A stretch of DNA of 64,000 nucleotides from Octopus sinensis (lineage: Eukaryota). The position numbers and the translations under genes were made by a program. The notes under the pieces are model-generated. The model did not search any database, was not told the origin of the DNA, and was given only the letters and a program-made list of their open reading frames with translations. Below, one piece after another: positions 12,767 through 24,216 of the stretch. Numbering within the stretch: the first letter of the stretch is position 1; every line of letters starts with the position of its first letter. Location of the stretch: positions 92,504,001 to 92,568,000 of the forward strand of contig NC_043001.1 in assembly GCF_006345805.1 (NCBI RefSeq), given 5' to 3'.

Positions 12767-13665
12767 CGTATTGATTTATAGTCACTAGCGGTGTTCTCCG
12801 ATGGATTTCGTTGATCCCTCTCTTCTTTTTAGTGTACATAAAAATTCATCAGAATAAAACTATTTGCAGATGATTTTAAGCTTCAGAAGATTATCAAAAA
12901 AGATGATTGAATAAGATTCAAGTGCTAGTTTTATGTTGTAAGCCATCGGGTAGGAAAGTAAAGTATACTTTGCTAAATAAGGAAATTTTTTGAATACACT
13001 TTTGTCTATCTGTTTGATTTTCATATCTCATAGCCACTTTAAGTGATTGTTTCCAAGGACATGTTCTATTTCATGGTCATATCATTTTTCTTGCTTGTTC
13101 AAATGCAAATATGTTGATTAGTGAATAATACGATTGGAGCAAGTTTGTGCCAATTATTTGCAAACTATCTGAGCAAGCATTTACAGTCAGAGACTACATC
13201 GCAAACGTTTCTTCACTTTCGCCACACATTCTAAATAGGGTTTGGTTGGCTTCTGATTGCTTGATCCTTGCTGCTCAGGATCAAGCACTCGGAATAAGAT
13301 TCATCAGAAACACAATATGCCTGAAAGGTCGATGTATTCAAATAAATAACTAAAATTTAAAATAATGAATACATACAAATATTTTCTTTCACATACATCC
13401 GTATTTATAGATAGTATATGATGTATAGAAACATTATGCATACACTTTAAGGCTTTTCTACCGTAAATTATCCAGTCGTTTAGGATTCTTTTTCAAACGA
13501 TTATCACAATTATAACAGATTTTCTTTTATTTTTTGTCAAACAATTGTATTTATAAAATAGAATTGGTCGGTTCAAATATTTAATTATCAATGTCATTTA
13601 ATTCTGATCAACAGCTTACCATACAAAATTAAATTTGTCCTTGGAAAATTCAAACCTTAATTGAA

Positions 13666-13811
13666 ATGGCAAGTTACTGTCACACACCCTCCAGGCACCC
13701 GCTCAACTTTGCCACTATTCCAGAAAAACTACATCAGCTTGCTATCGAAGATCCAGAAAAAGATGCAATAGTTATCTATGACAGCAAACTCCAAAGGACA
13801 AGTTTCACAAG
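13666..13811 (+). CDS. Exon 1 of an ANL-superfamily adenylate-forming enzyme (acyl-CoA synthetase/AMP-binding, ACSF2- or luciferase-like)
   Basis: ATG at 13666 opens MASYCHTPSRHPLNFATIPEKLHQLAIEDPEKDAIVIYDSKLQRTSFT, a typical ANL N-terminus. The donor AAG|GTATGT at 13811/13812 is phase 2 and joins exon 2 in frame. Confidence 0.85.
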
Positions 13812-14719
13812 GTATGTGTCATTTTCCCGATTTCGACAATCTCTGTCTTTTTCTTATTCTTTTCTTCAAAGACTGATTTCTTTCTCTACTTTCGACTGGA
13901 AAGAATTTGCGTGTGTTGGAGCTATCACAGGTTACATAATTTAGAGACATATTTCTACCAGTTAAGACGTCACTGTATTTCATTTTGACCATGGGAAAAT
14001 TTGAATAAACAAAGCTTAGAGATATTAGTCAATTTGAGTTCGGTATTTCATCGGGAACAGCGTTCGGTACAATTTGCAAGAATAAACATTCTATTGAAAC
14101 ACTAACTCAGTCTTCTGCATCGTGGTTTTCAATTTCTATGTTAGTCCAAGCTAAAAATCCTGTAACACACTCTGTTCAGCTACATCCTTCCTTGGACAAA
14201 CCTCCTACCATAGTATGAATTAAGTTGCTTTTTACTTGATGGAAACCAATAGTTTAGGTGAGATGTTATTGCAATATAGATCGATTACATACAATGATAA
14301 TATTAATTGGTGCCAAATGATTTAAAATAAGTCAAAATTTGCAAGTTACTTTAGAATTATTTAAATAATATTTTAGGGTGAAGTATGATTCGCTTATTTC
14401 TTACTACTAGAAAATGCACCCTTCACCAAAAATTAGTAGTTCTTAGAAAGCAAATACTGTAGATAAAAAAGTAGATCCCACTGCGAATCGCCTGCTAAAC
14501 TTATCACTTTTGCATGCAATCCCCCTCGGATTTGTTTCATTCCATTTGCTTAAGGCATAACCATCACATCAAAATAATTCCACACTCGATTAATATTTAT
14601 TACGCAAATATTCATTCGATATCTAACAGCTAAATCATTTTTGATAGAATTTGTAAACTGTATTTACATAAAATTTCATGATGGATTATATTATATTACT
14701 TTTTTCTTTTCTTGTAAAG

Positions 14720-16223
14720 GAAACAACTCTATGATGAAACGGAGAGTGTTGCTAGAGCCCTTGTCAAACAAGGAATCAAGAAAGGTGATCGAATTGCCCT
14801 CTGTGTATCGAACTGTGTGGAGTGGATTGCATATGACAGCGGCATTATGATGGCAGGAGGGTGTTCAGTGAGGCTGTTTGCTGGACAAGCCGATTTTTTA
14901 CCCATGTTAGAAGATTGTGTGGCAGTAATTTTTGACTCAGAGCCAACATTTTACAACAAATTACTTAAAGTAGCAAATATCTTAGAAGATGGCACTGTAA
15001 TCAGTGAAACGTACTCAAAACTGCGTCTTGCTATTACTGTTGCAAACACAAATTCAGATATTAAAGGTTTATCTTTAGATGAGATGAAAGAAACGGCAAA
15101 GAACGATCTGAACATAATTCTTCCTCGAGTGGACCCCGAAGATATCACAATTATTGCACAAACATCTGGATCAACAGGAAAACCTAAGCGGGTTACTCAT
15201 AGTAGTTTTGATATTGTTAATTGTTCCGAGATGTTTTGTGATCTTTATAATTTAACTGGCGACGATGCAGTTTTCATATCCCGTTATTTTGGCTTTGGAG
15301 GAGGGTACCCTTTCCCGTTTATCGGAAATGGATCTAAATTTGTCGACGCAGAATTACGTAGCATAAACTACCCAAAAGATTTTTCTAAATATAGAGATCT
15401 CGCGAAAATAGAGGGCTGTACTTGGTTGAATATGCTTCCGTCAGATTTACGTTACTGCACGGAAGGAAAAAATGTTGCACCTAACATAATGACAGGAGGT
15501 GATATAGCTTCTTTTGACGCGGTGAAACAAGGTTTAAATTGGGCATCGACGATTGATTACCATTTAGCAAGTGCTGAGACTCTTTTAATTGGATCAATGA
15601 CGATAACCAAGCATAATATAGGAGATTATGTTCCTGGAATAATTGGTCGACCATTTCCTAATACTGAAGCTAAAATTGTGGATGATAAAAACTGCATTGT
15701 CGACATCGGTCAAGAAGGTTATTTATGTGTTCGAAGTAAATGGTGCACAAAAGTAACTACTAATGGAGAATCTGTTCAACAAAATGGATGGTTTAAGACA
15801 AGAGACATATGTAAAATGAATGAAAAGAAGGAAATATTTCTGGTTAGCAGAGATGATCTGTTCATTCAGAAAGAAACTAGAAAAATAGGAATTACATTTG
15901 TTGAGCAGCATATGAAACGTCACCCAGATATTGATGACGTCATTCTTGTCCCTGTGCCAGATGAAGATCTTCAATTAAAAGCCTGTGCTTGTGTCATTAT
16001 GAAATCTGGAAAAAAATTTGATCAGAAAAATATTCTTCAATTCTGCATGGAAAACCTTCCTCAGCCAAAGGATTTTGACTATATATCATCAAACCCTGAT
16101 TATATTATACAGTTCGACAAATTTTCCAAATTGATAAATGGCAAGGTTGACAGAATCTCAATAAAGGACATGGCAATTAAATCTCTCGTTCAATCACATT
16201 CTTTGTGTGCGAAAACAAAATAA
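14720..16223 (+). CDS. Exon 2 of the ANL adenylate-forming enzyme (spliced product 549 aa)
   Basis: A polypyrimidine tract plus AAAG| acceptor ends at 14719. The frame continues R-KQLYDETESVARALVKQGIKKGDRIALCVSNCVEW into ORF 14817-16223. Motifs: KGDRIA (A2), QTSGSTGKPK (P-loop, A3), SAE (A5), WFKTRD (A7), SRDD (A8), NGKVDR (A10 Lys). Stop TAA at 16221-16223. Confidence 0.93.
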
Positions 16224-16567
16224 TCTAATCCAGGGAATAAGGATTGCTTCCACTTTTAAATTTGTTAACCAGTTTTGTTATTTTAGAAATATTAAAATGC
16301 AATTTTGTTGAAAATATAGAGACCATTAACCAGAAGTTAGCTTAATACCAGGCGATTCATATTCAATTGTTCTTTATATTACTGCATTAAAATCATTGTT
16401 GTATCGATTTGACCAATACGAATCCTTTTGCATTATAAAATGACTATTCTACTACATAATACTGTAACTTAAATTCTATTTTTTTCTAATGATTTTGAAT
16501 TCATATTCGTGACACGTATCAGTCACATTTATAACAACTGCTATATTATACCCTTTTTGTGTTCTTT

Positions 16568-16612
16568 AATAAAACTATTGAACCATATCATGTCTCTGTG
16601 TTTTATGCTGTG
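16568..16612 (+). promoter_or_regulatory. Probable polyadenylation signal of the ANL gene
   Basis: AATAAA at 16568-16573 followed by a GT/T-rich downstream element (tgtctctgtgttttatgctgtg), about 350 nt after the stop codon. Confidence 0.5.
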
Positions 16613-17267
16613 AAATATTAACGTTGAAACTCATCACAAACACGTTTGTAGATAGATAGTGACCAATAAAATATAGATTATGTAGTGTTAATTTCTATAA
16701 TTACAATATTATGACATAATTTTCATTAACTTGGAGCAATGCGATGATTTAAATAGAAATTATACCAAGGAGAAATAAAGTCAGTGACAAAAAGAATCAA
16801 AATAAAGTCTAAACGCTGTGTCATTGATAAATAGAGAATCATGTTTTGTAATTTTGGTCTCAAATTTTGGCACAAGACTGCAATTTCGGGGGAAGGGATA
16901 AGTCAATTGTATCGGCCTCATTGCGCAACTGGAACCCCAGCGGAATTTGAACTCAGAACGTAAAGACGAACGAAATGCCGCTAAGCATATCGCCCGGTGT
17001 GCTAACGATTATGCTAGCTCGCCACCTTAAAATGCTTTGTAATTTTTACAGAAGGCCTGAAATATTTTTGGGGGGAGGAGGGTACTAGTGAATTACAACG
17101 ACTCAGTGTTTTACTGGTATTTGATTTATCAACCCCGAAAGGATATAAGACGAAGTCGACCTCGGCGGCACTTGTACTCAACACACTAAGGAGGATGAAA
17201 TGCCGTTATGCATTTTTCCCGGTGTGCTAACGATTCTGCCAGCTCGCCGCCTTAGTAATAATAATAA

Positions 17268-18725
17268 ACACACACAAATGAAAGAGAAAAATAAAGAAAG
17301 AATACTATAGACGAGTTAGATCAATACTAAAAACAGAGTTCAATGCTAAAAACAAGATAATAGGTATTAACACTTTAGCCGTCCCAGTTACAAGTTACAG
17401 CTACAATATCCTTAACTGGACACTAAATGAACTAACCAAAATAGATAGGAAAACAAGATAAATAATGACAGGATCTAAGATGCACCACCCAAATTTGACA
17501 TAGAAAGGTTATACATACAACGTATAGAAACTGGTAGAGACCTTATACAACTGGAAAACTATTATAAAATAACCACCATAGGACTGCAAAATATCTACTT
17601 CAGAAGCAAGGAAAACTGATACGAAAAACGGCAAAACACGGCCAAAACAAAAAACTGTTCTCAATATTTACGCTGACAAATGCAAAGAAATCATACTACC
17701 TAACAAATATGAAGAAGAAGAAGAAGAAGAAGAAGAAGAAGAAGAAGAAGAAGAAGAAGAAGAAGAAGAAGAAGAAGAAGAAGAAGAAGAAGAAGAAGAA
17801 GAAGAAGAAGAAGAAGAAGAAGAAACAACAAAAGTTATAAAACAAATGTAATCCAAAGTAAAACTAGAACAGCAACGATGGCAAGAAAAGCCCCTTCATA
17901 GCAAATACTGGACTAAACTAAATGCAAAAGAAATAGACAGAGAAAAATCCAAGCAATGGTTGAGAATCTCAGGACTCAAAGCAGAGACAGAGGGGTTTTT
18001 AATTGCAGCACAAGACCAAAGCCTCCCCACCAGAAATTACCAAAAACATATAATGAAAAGAAAAATAACAAGTAACTGCAGAATATGTGGAGATGGACAA
18101 GAAACAGTAAATCACATTATCTCTGGCTGCCCAGTCCTGGCTAAGAAGGAATATATTCACAGACACGACAGAGTTGGGACCTATATACACTGGAAGCTAT
18201 GTCAACACTATGGAATAACAACAGAAAAAAGATGGTATAGGCACACACCAGAAAAGGTCACAGAAAACGAGAAAGCAACCATACTCTGGGATATGCCGAT
18301 ACACACAGATAAAGAAATTAAGGCCAATAGACCAGATATAGTTGTCAGAGATCATGAAGAAAAAAAATGCTTTCTAATTGATGTATCAATACCAGCAGAT
18401 GACAACGTGTCTCTAAAAGGAATGGAGAAACTTTCAAAATACAAAGACCTGGAAATAGAGGTAACTAGAATGTGGAATCTAAAAACAGAAACAATTCCTA
18501 TCATAGTAGGTGCATTAGGCATGATAAAAAAATTTCAAATACATAACAAAAACACCAGGACTTACGAACACCTATAACATACAGAAAATTTCACTACTAG
18601 GCACTGCACACATCCAACGCAGAACACTTTCCATACAGTAACCATCAGAGCATCACAGCACATACCCAAGGCATACAGAGCTGCGCTCGGTAGTGAAGTG
18701 AAAGTACTATATAAAAATAAAACTA

Positions 18726-18729
<4 letters not shown>
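17268..18729 (+). mobile_element. 5'-truncated RLE-type (R4/Dong-like) LINE inserted in (TAA)n
   Basis: RT-thumb remnant KEYYRRVRSILKTEFNAKNK. ORF 17960-18577 has a CRIC...HIISGC zinc knuckle and an RPDIVV...CFLIDVSIP...KYKDL restriction-like endonuclease. (TAA)4 lies at 17256-17267 and (TAA)n follows 18729. Confidence 0.9.
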
Positions 18730-18765
<36 letters not shown>

Positions 18766-18786
18766 TAATAATATAATAATAATAAT

Positions 18787-18853
<67 letters not shown>

Positions 18854-19071
18854 GCAGCAGCAACAGCAACAACAACAACACAACAACAACAACAACAACA
18901 ACAATAATAATAACAATAATAATAATAATAATAACAATAACAATAATAATAATAATAATAATAACAATAACAATAATAATAATAATAACAACAACAACAA
19001 CAAACAACAACAACAACAACAACAGCAACAACAACAATAACAATAACAATAACAATAACAATAATAATAAC

Positions 19072-19135
<64 letters not shown>
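18730..19135. repeat. Compound (TAA)/(CAA)/(CAG) microsatellite
   Basis: Seen directly in the sequence. Confidence 0.95.
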
Positions 19136-19429
19136 TTACCCTATTAAAATGAAAATAATTTTTGAAAAAACTTTTTAAAAAATCTATGAATAACTCTTGG
19201 AAGGGGAAATTACTCCCATTAGGCGATTGGTCGGTTTTTTTTGGAAGCAAACGCTGGAATTATATATACCCTTATGATTCTTTGACGATGTTAATTTTTA
19301 GACAAGCAGGCCTAGACGAACACACGAACACAGAATTTTTTCAGCCGCCTGACAGGTTTTTTCAGCAGTGATCATTATCTAGCGCCCCTTGCCAACAAAC
19401 GGCCGCGCACACATAGGCTAGTATACACA

Positions 19430-19900
19430 TACATGCTTTTAGGTAGGTTTTGTCTCGCCCCTAAAATACACCCTGTATTCTTAAAATATTCAGAACATTA
19501 GTTTTGGTCACACAGAACATCTCCACACCCCTTGTTCTCATTAATTCCTCACCTACCAGATTTGACCGCGGCCTGACCTGTAATTATTCCAACGGACCTT
19601 TTGTCGGCCCCCACCAACCCCCCGATTTCAACGTACATTGATAAACAGTTTAACCATGGGCTCTTAAGGAGCGTCCTCGTTCGAATTGCTTTGCTGCGCC
19701 TCTGTTTTGTTTTGTTCTGTCAACGTAATTCCTGCTTTTTCCTGAAGAGAAAGCAGCAATATGGTATCCTTATTTAATCAGAATTTGGAAAATTGTGGCC
19801 TTTGAAACATGTGTAGAATGTAATAAAAGAATGTAATAAAAGGAATTCTGTACAATCTTCGTTCAACTCCATTTCTTCCATTCACTAATTATATTAAACT
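19430..19900 (+). mobile_element. Possible Penelope-like terminal remnant
   Basis: CCTGAAGAG...GAAACATGTG plus AATAAAAG resembles a Penelope pseudo-LTR. No coding motif was recognised. Confidence 0.35.
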
Positions 19901-20032
19901 TCAATTATCCGCACCAACGCACATGGTCTTATCTCCAACAGTGTTTTTTTCTGCTGTGATTTTTGCTACCCAGGTATCGGTTAAACTTTTGAATAATCTG
20001 TAACAAGAAAATTCATCTTTCCATTTCAACAA

Positions 20033-20039
<7 letters not shown>

Positions 20040-20074
<35 letters not shown>

Positions 20075-20311
20075 TATATATATATTATATATATATATAT
20101 GCATATATATATATGCATATATATATATGCATATATATATATGCATATATATATATGCATATATATATATGCATATGCATATATATATATATACATATAT
20201 GCATATATATATATATAGCATATATATATATATTATATATATATGCATATATATATATATATGCATATATGTATATATATACATATGCATATATATATAT
20301 ATATATATATT

Positions 20312-20345
<34 letters not shown>

Positions 20346-20419
20346 TATATATATATGCATATATATATGCATATATATATATATGCATATATATATATAT
20401 GCACATATATATATATATA

Positions 20420-20463
<44 letters not shown>

Positions 20464-20600
20464 ATATATATATATATATATATATACATATATGTATTGG
20501 GTTGAAATATATACATATATGTAGAGGGTTGAAATACATAACTATATATATATATATATAATATATATATATATTATATATATATATATACATATATGTA
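20040..20600. repeat. (TA)n microsatellite with periodic TGC interruptions
   Basis: Seen directly; source of the Y/I-rich spurious ORFs. Confidence 0.95.
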
Positions 20601-21610
20601 TTACAAAGGGAAGTTGTAAGGTACCGCACGAGTGGAAATATATATGAAAGAAGGTTTGAAAATGCAATTTTAAAATGTGTTTATTCACTTGACCGGTTTC
20701 ACTTTTTTAGAAAAAGATTGTCAAAAGTAATATATATACATATGCGGCGAGCTGGCAGACACGTTAGCGCGCCAGGCGAGATGCTTAGCGGTATTTCATC
20801 TGCCACTACGTTCTGAGTTCAAATTCCACCGAGATCGACTTTGCCTTTCATCTTTTCGGGGTCGATAAATAACGTACCAGTTTCGCACTGGGGTCGATGT
20901 AATCGACTTAATCCGTTTGTCTGTCCTTGTTTGTTCCCTCTGTGTGTAGCCTCTTGTGGACAGTAAAGAAATACATATATCTTTTATTTATTTCAGTGAT
21001 TTGACTGCGGCCATGCTAGCACCCCCCCCCACCTTTAAGAAAAGTGGTGGGAGGAACAAGCACTAACACAAACACATACATGCGTACACACACACATACA
21101 GACAAACGCACACGCATACGTGTATGTATGTATATATGTGTGTGTGTGTGTGTGTAAATATTTCCACTCTCTCCCTTTCTCTCTCTCTATCTCTTTCTCA
21201 TTCACCCACACACACACACCCACACACACACCCACACACACACTCACACACACTGTATTTCTCTCTAAACAACTTTTAATCTTCCCCATTTCTTTCCTTT
21301 CTCTATAGAGATAGTGTTACGGACAGCGATAAGTTGACGGTCAAAGGGAAATAACTCATCTCAGTAGCTACAAGAAACTGAAGACATGCATGAAGATGAG
21401 TTGTTTCCCTTAGACCATAAACTCACCGTTTTTGTAGAAGTACGTTTGTTAAATAAGAGTAACCTCACTTCGCACACATGTGTACTCGCGCACGCACACA
21501 TACACACATTCGTGCACACGCGCGCGTGTGCGCATGCGTATGCAGGATGTCCCAGAATGATTTATCTATGTTTGAGACTCTTCCTGAAGAATATCGATTC
21601 CGGCAATATC

Positions 21611-21836
21611 TATTTCTTTACTACCCACAAGGGGCTAAACACAGAAGGAACAAACAAGGACAGACATAGGTATTAAGCCGATTACATCGACCCCAGTGCG
21701 TAACTGGTACTTAATTTATCGACCCCGAAAGGATGAAAGGCAAAGTCGACCTCGGCGGAATTTGAACTCACAACGTAACGCAACGAAATATCGCTAAGCA
21801 TTTCGCCCGGAGTGCTAACGTTTCTGCCAGCTCGCC
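21611..21836 (-). mobile_element. Family A SINE inserted in the maT element
   Basis: TSD GCAATATC at 21603-21610 and 21837-21844. Confidence 0.85.
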
Positions 21837-22192
21837 GCAATATCGTCTACATTTTACATTAAGATATGCTTATGTCTTTTGTTCTTGTGTCTGTTGCTTC
21901 GTTCGTCTATATCAGATTTCTAAACAAACATGGCGTCCAAAGCAAAGCACGACCAGATTGTCGCTTTGAAAACAGCTGGATTGAGTAACAAGAACGTAAC
22001 AAAACGGTTGAATGTGTACCGTAAAACAGTATTCAATCACTGGAAACGATATACGGAGTCCACTATTACCTCTAGCAAGCCAATTCTTCGTAGGAAACGA
22101 CTAATTCGTATCAAACTGCTGAGGATGTGGAGCGAATGAGCCGAAATCCCAGCTGGAGTGCAAGAAAACCTGTAAAAGCACTTGGTATTTCG

Positions 22193-22402
22193 GCTGGCAG
22201 AAACGTTAGCACGCCGGGCTATTTCGTCTGCCGTTTCGTTCTGAGTTCAAATTCCGCCGAGGTCGACTTTGCCTTTCATCCTTTCGGGGTCGATAAATTA
22301 AGTACCAGTTATGCACTGGAGTCGATGTAATCGACTTAATCCGTCTGTCTGTCCTTGTTTGTCCCTTCTGTGTTTAGCCCCTTGTGGGTAGTAAAAGAAA
22401 TA
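22193..22402 (+). mobile_element. Family A SINE inserted in the transposase ORF
   Basis: TSD GGTATTTCG at 22184-22192 and 22403-22411. Removing the SINE restores KALGISKSSLHRIL. Confidence 0.85.
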
Positions 22403-23324
22403 GGTATTTCGAAATCGTCATTGCACAGAATTTTAAAAGAGGATTTAAAGTTAACTGCATACAAGAAACAAACGCGGCAGCTAATTTCAGCAGCTTCCAA
22501 GAAGGAACGGCTCGACAAGGGTAAAAATCATGTTAGCTGAGGTGATGCGCGCCACTAACACAGTGTTGGTCTGGTCTGATGAAAAGATCTTCAGCGTGGA
22601 GGCAGTTTCCAACAGGCAGAATGACAGGCTTTATGCACGTAATATAGGTGACCTAACCGAAGGTAGCAGGAATCATCTGCGCCATCAGAAGCCAGCTTCA
22701 CTCATGGTGTGGGCCAAGTCTCCTTTGATCTTCATCGATGCTGGTATCAAGATCAACAGTGAAGTTTGTGTGGAAATATTGGATGAGAAAGTACTGCCCT
22801 GGGTCACAAAAATTTTTGGTGACTGTTACGTCTTCACTCAGACGAGGCTCCGGCCCATGCATTCAATTTTATATGGAGATGGTGCAAAGAGCATCTCACC
22901 AGTTTTGGGGACACGATGATATGACCTCCCTCAAGTCTAGACATCAATCCCATGGACTTTGCTACCTGGTCCATCTTAGAGAGTAATGCTCAGTCCTATT
23001 CAAATGTGTCAGATCTGAAGAAAGCGCTTCTGTCTTCATGAGTCAGGTTGGATGAAGAGGTGGTACGGCGCGCATGCATCTCAGTAACCACTCGTTTGTC
23101 GGCGATGATCAAGGCGAAAGGTGGTCATTTTGAAATGTAATTATTGCAATGGATTGATAATTTACGTAAGAACGAGTGTGCCAATTGGATAAATAAAAAA
23201 TATCAATAGGTAAATCATTCTGGGACACCCTGGACAAACTGAAATGAAAATACATATTAACGCTGTGTGACTCAATAAAATTTTGTGTAATGAAGCAAAA
23301 TATTGTTTATTGAACTGTCCCGAA

Positions 23325-23849
23325 ATATACGTGTGTGGTGATGCGTTTACTACCATAAATCTCTAACAATCCTTCACATACATTTCAACAGCAACAAGGA
23401 CAATCACCAGCACCACAACAACAACAACTGACCCAGTATCAGGCACTCCTTAATTCAACCCACAGTTGATGACCAGATGAGCAGCCAGTTCTGAGACAAC
23501 ATGATGAGTTATTTATTTCCCTTAGACCATAAAACTGACTCCTCGCATTTCTCATAAGCAATATCTGAAGTCGCTAAACATGCAATAAATTGAATTTCTT
23601 TTGATTTAGTAGTTAGTGATATGAAAATGTGAGTAAATTAGAGCTGGTCAAAGTGTTTGTTGTAGCTGTAATTGTTGTCTCAGAATTGGCTGCTCATCTG
23701 GTCATCAACTGTGGGTTGAATTAAGGAGTGCCTGATACTGGGTCAGTTGTTGTTGTTGTGGTGCTGGTGATTGTCCTTGTTGCTGTTGAAAAGTATGTGA
23801 AGGATTGTTAGAGATTTATGGTAGTAAACGCAACACCATACACGTATAT
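23325..23849. repeat. Foldback: 177-bp inverted arms with a 171-bp spacer
   Basis: 23325-23501 versus 23673-23849, with 4 mismatches by hand alignment. Confidence 0.92.
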
Positions 23850-24216
23850 ATATGAACAGAGACAGACATTAAAAAGTCATTTTATTTCTACTCGTCAGAG
23901 ACGATTTATTATTTGCGAAAAAGGAAAGAAAATTTTTGAAATTTCCAAAATATACATTCAGAAAGTGAGAACTTTCACTGAATAATTTTTCTTACTCTTT
24001 GAACAAAGTTTATACTAAAATTATTTTGTGTTTAACCAAAAAAGCATAACTTGGTAGAAATTGAAAAAAAATTGCTTGAACCGAAATCTCTTTCGAGTTT
24101 AATTTTAAAATACATAAATTTTAAGAAATTGTTACTCTTAACAACGAATTAATTATTGCGAATATCGGTGCCCAAAAATAATGAATCAATACCGAAAAAG
24201 CAAACTGTAGCAACCA

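Larger units (their letters stand above)
21543..23232 (+). mobile_element. Tc1/mariner DD37D (maT-type) transposon, inactive, with two nested SINEs
   Basis: TIRs CAGG(A/G)TGTCCCAGAATGATTTA at 21543 and 23232. Transposase fragments MASKAKHDQIVAL..., WSDEK and DEAPAH...PPSSLDINPMD have 37 residues between the second and third Asp (hand count). Contains frameshifts and stops. Confidence 0.85.

Noticed and set aside
14817-16223. Treating the 468-aa ORF as a complete or bacterial-contaminant gene or an NRPS module
   Set aside because: It starts at an internal GTG and is completed by a canonical spliced exon. It is embedded in host repeats and has no carrier or condensation domain.
18707-19250. 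Poly-Leu/Cys/Ile ORFs that look like membrane proteins
   Set aside because: They are the reverse strand of TAA/CAA/CAG repeats. The same applies to 244-452 and 17668-17856.
19901-20629. 242-aa and overlapping Y/I-rich ORFs
   Set aside because: They are translations of a (TA)n microsatellite. The same applies to the ORFs at 4518-4870, 11520-11762, 37401-37949 and 42395-42741.
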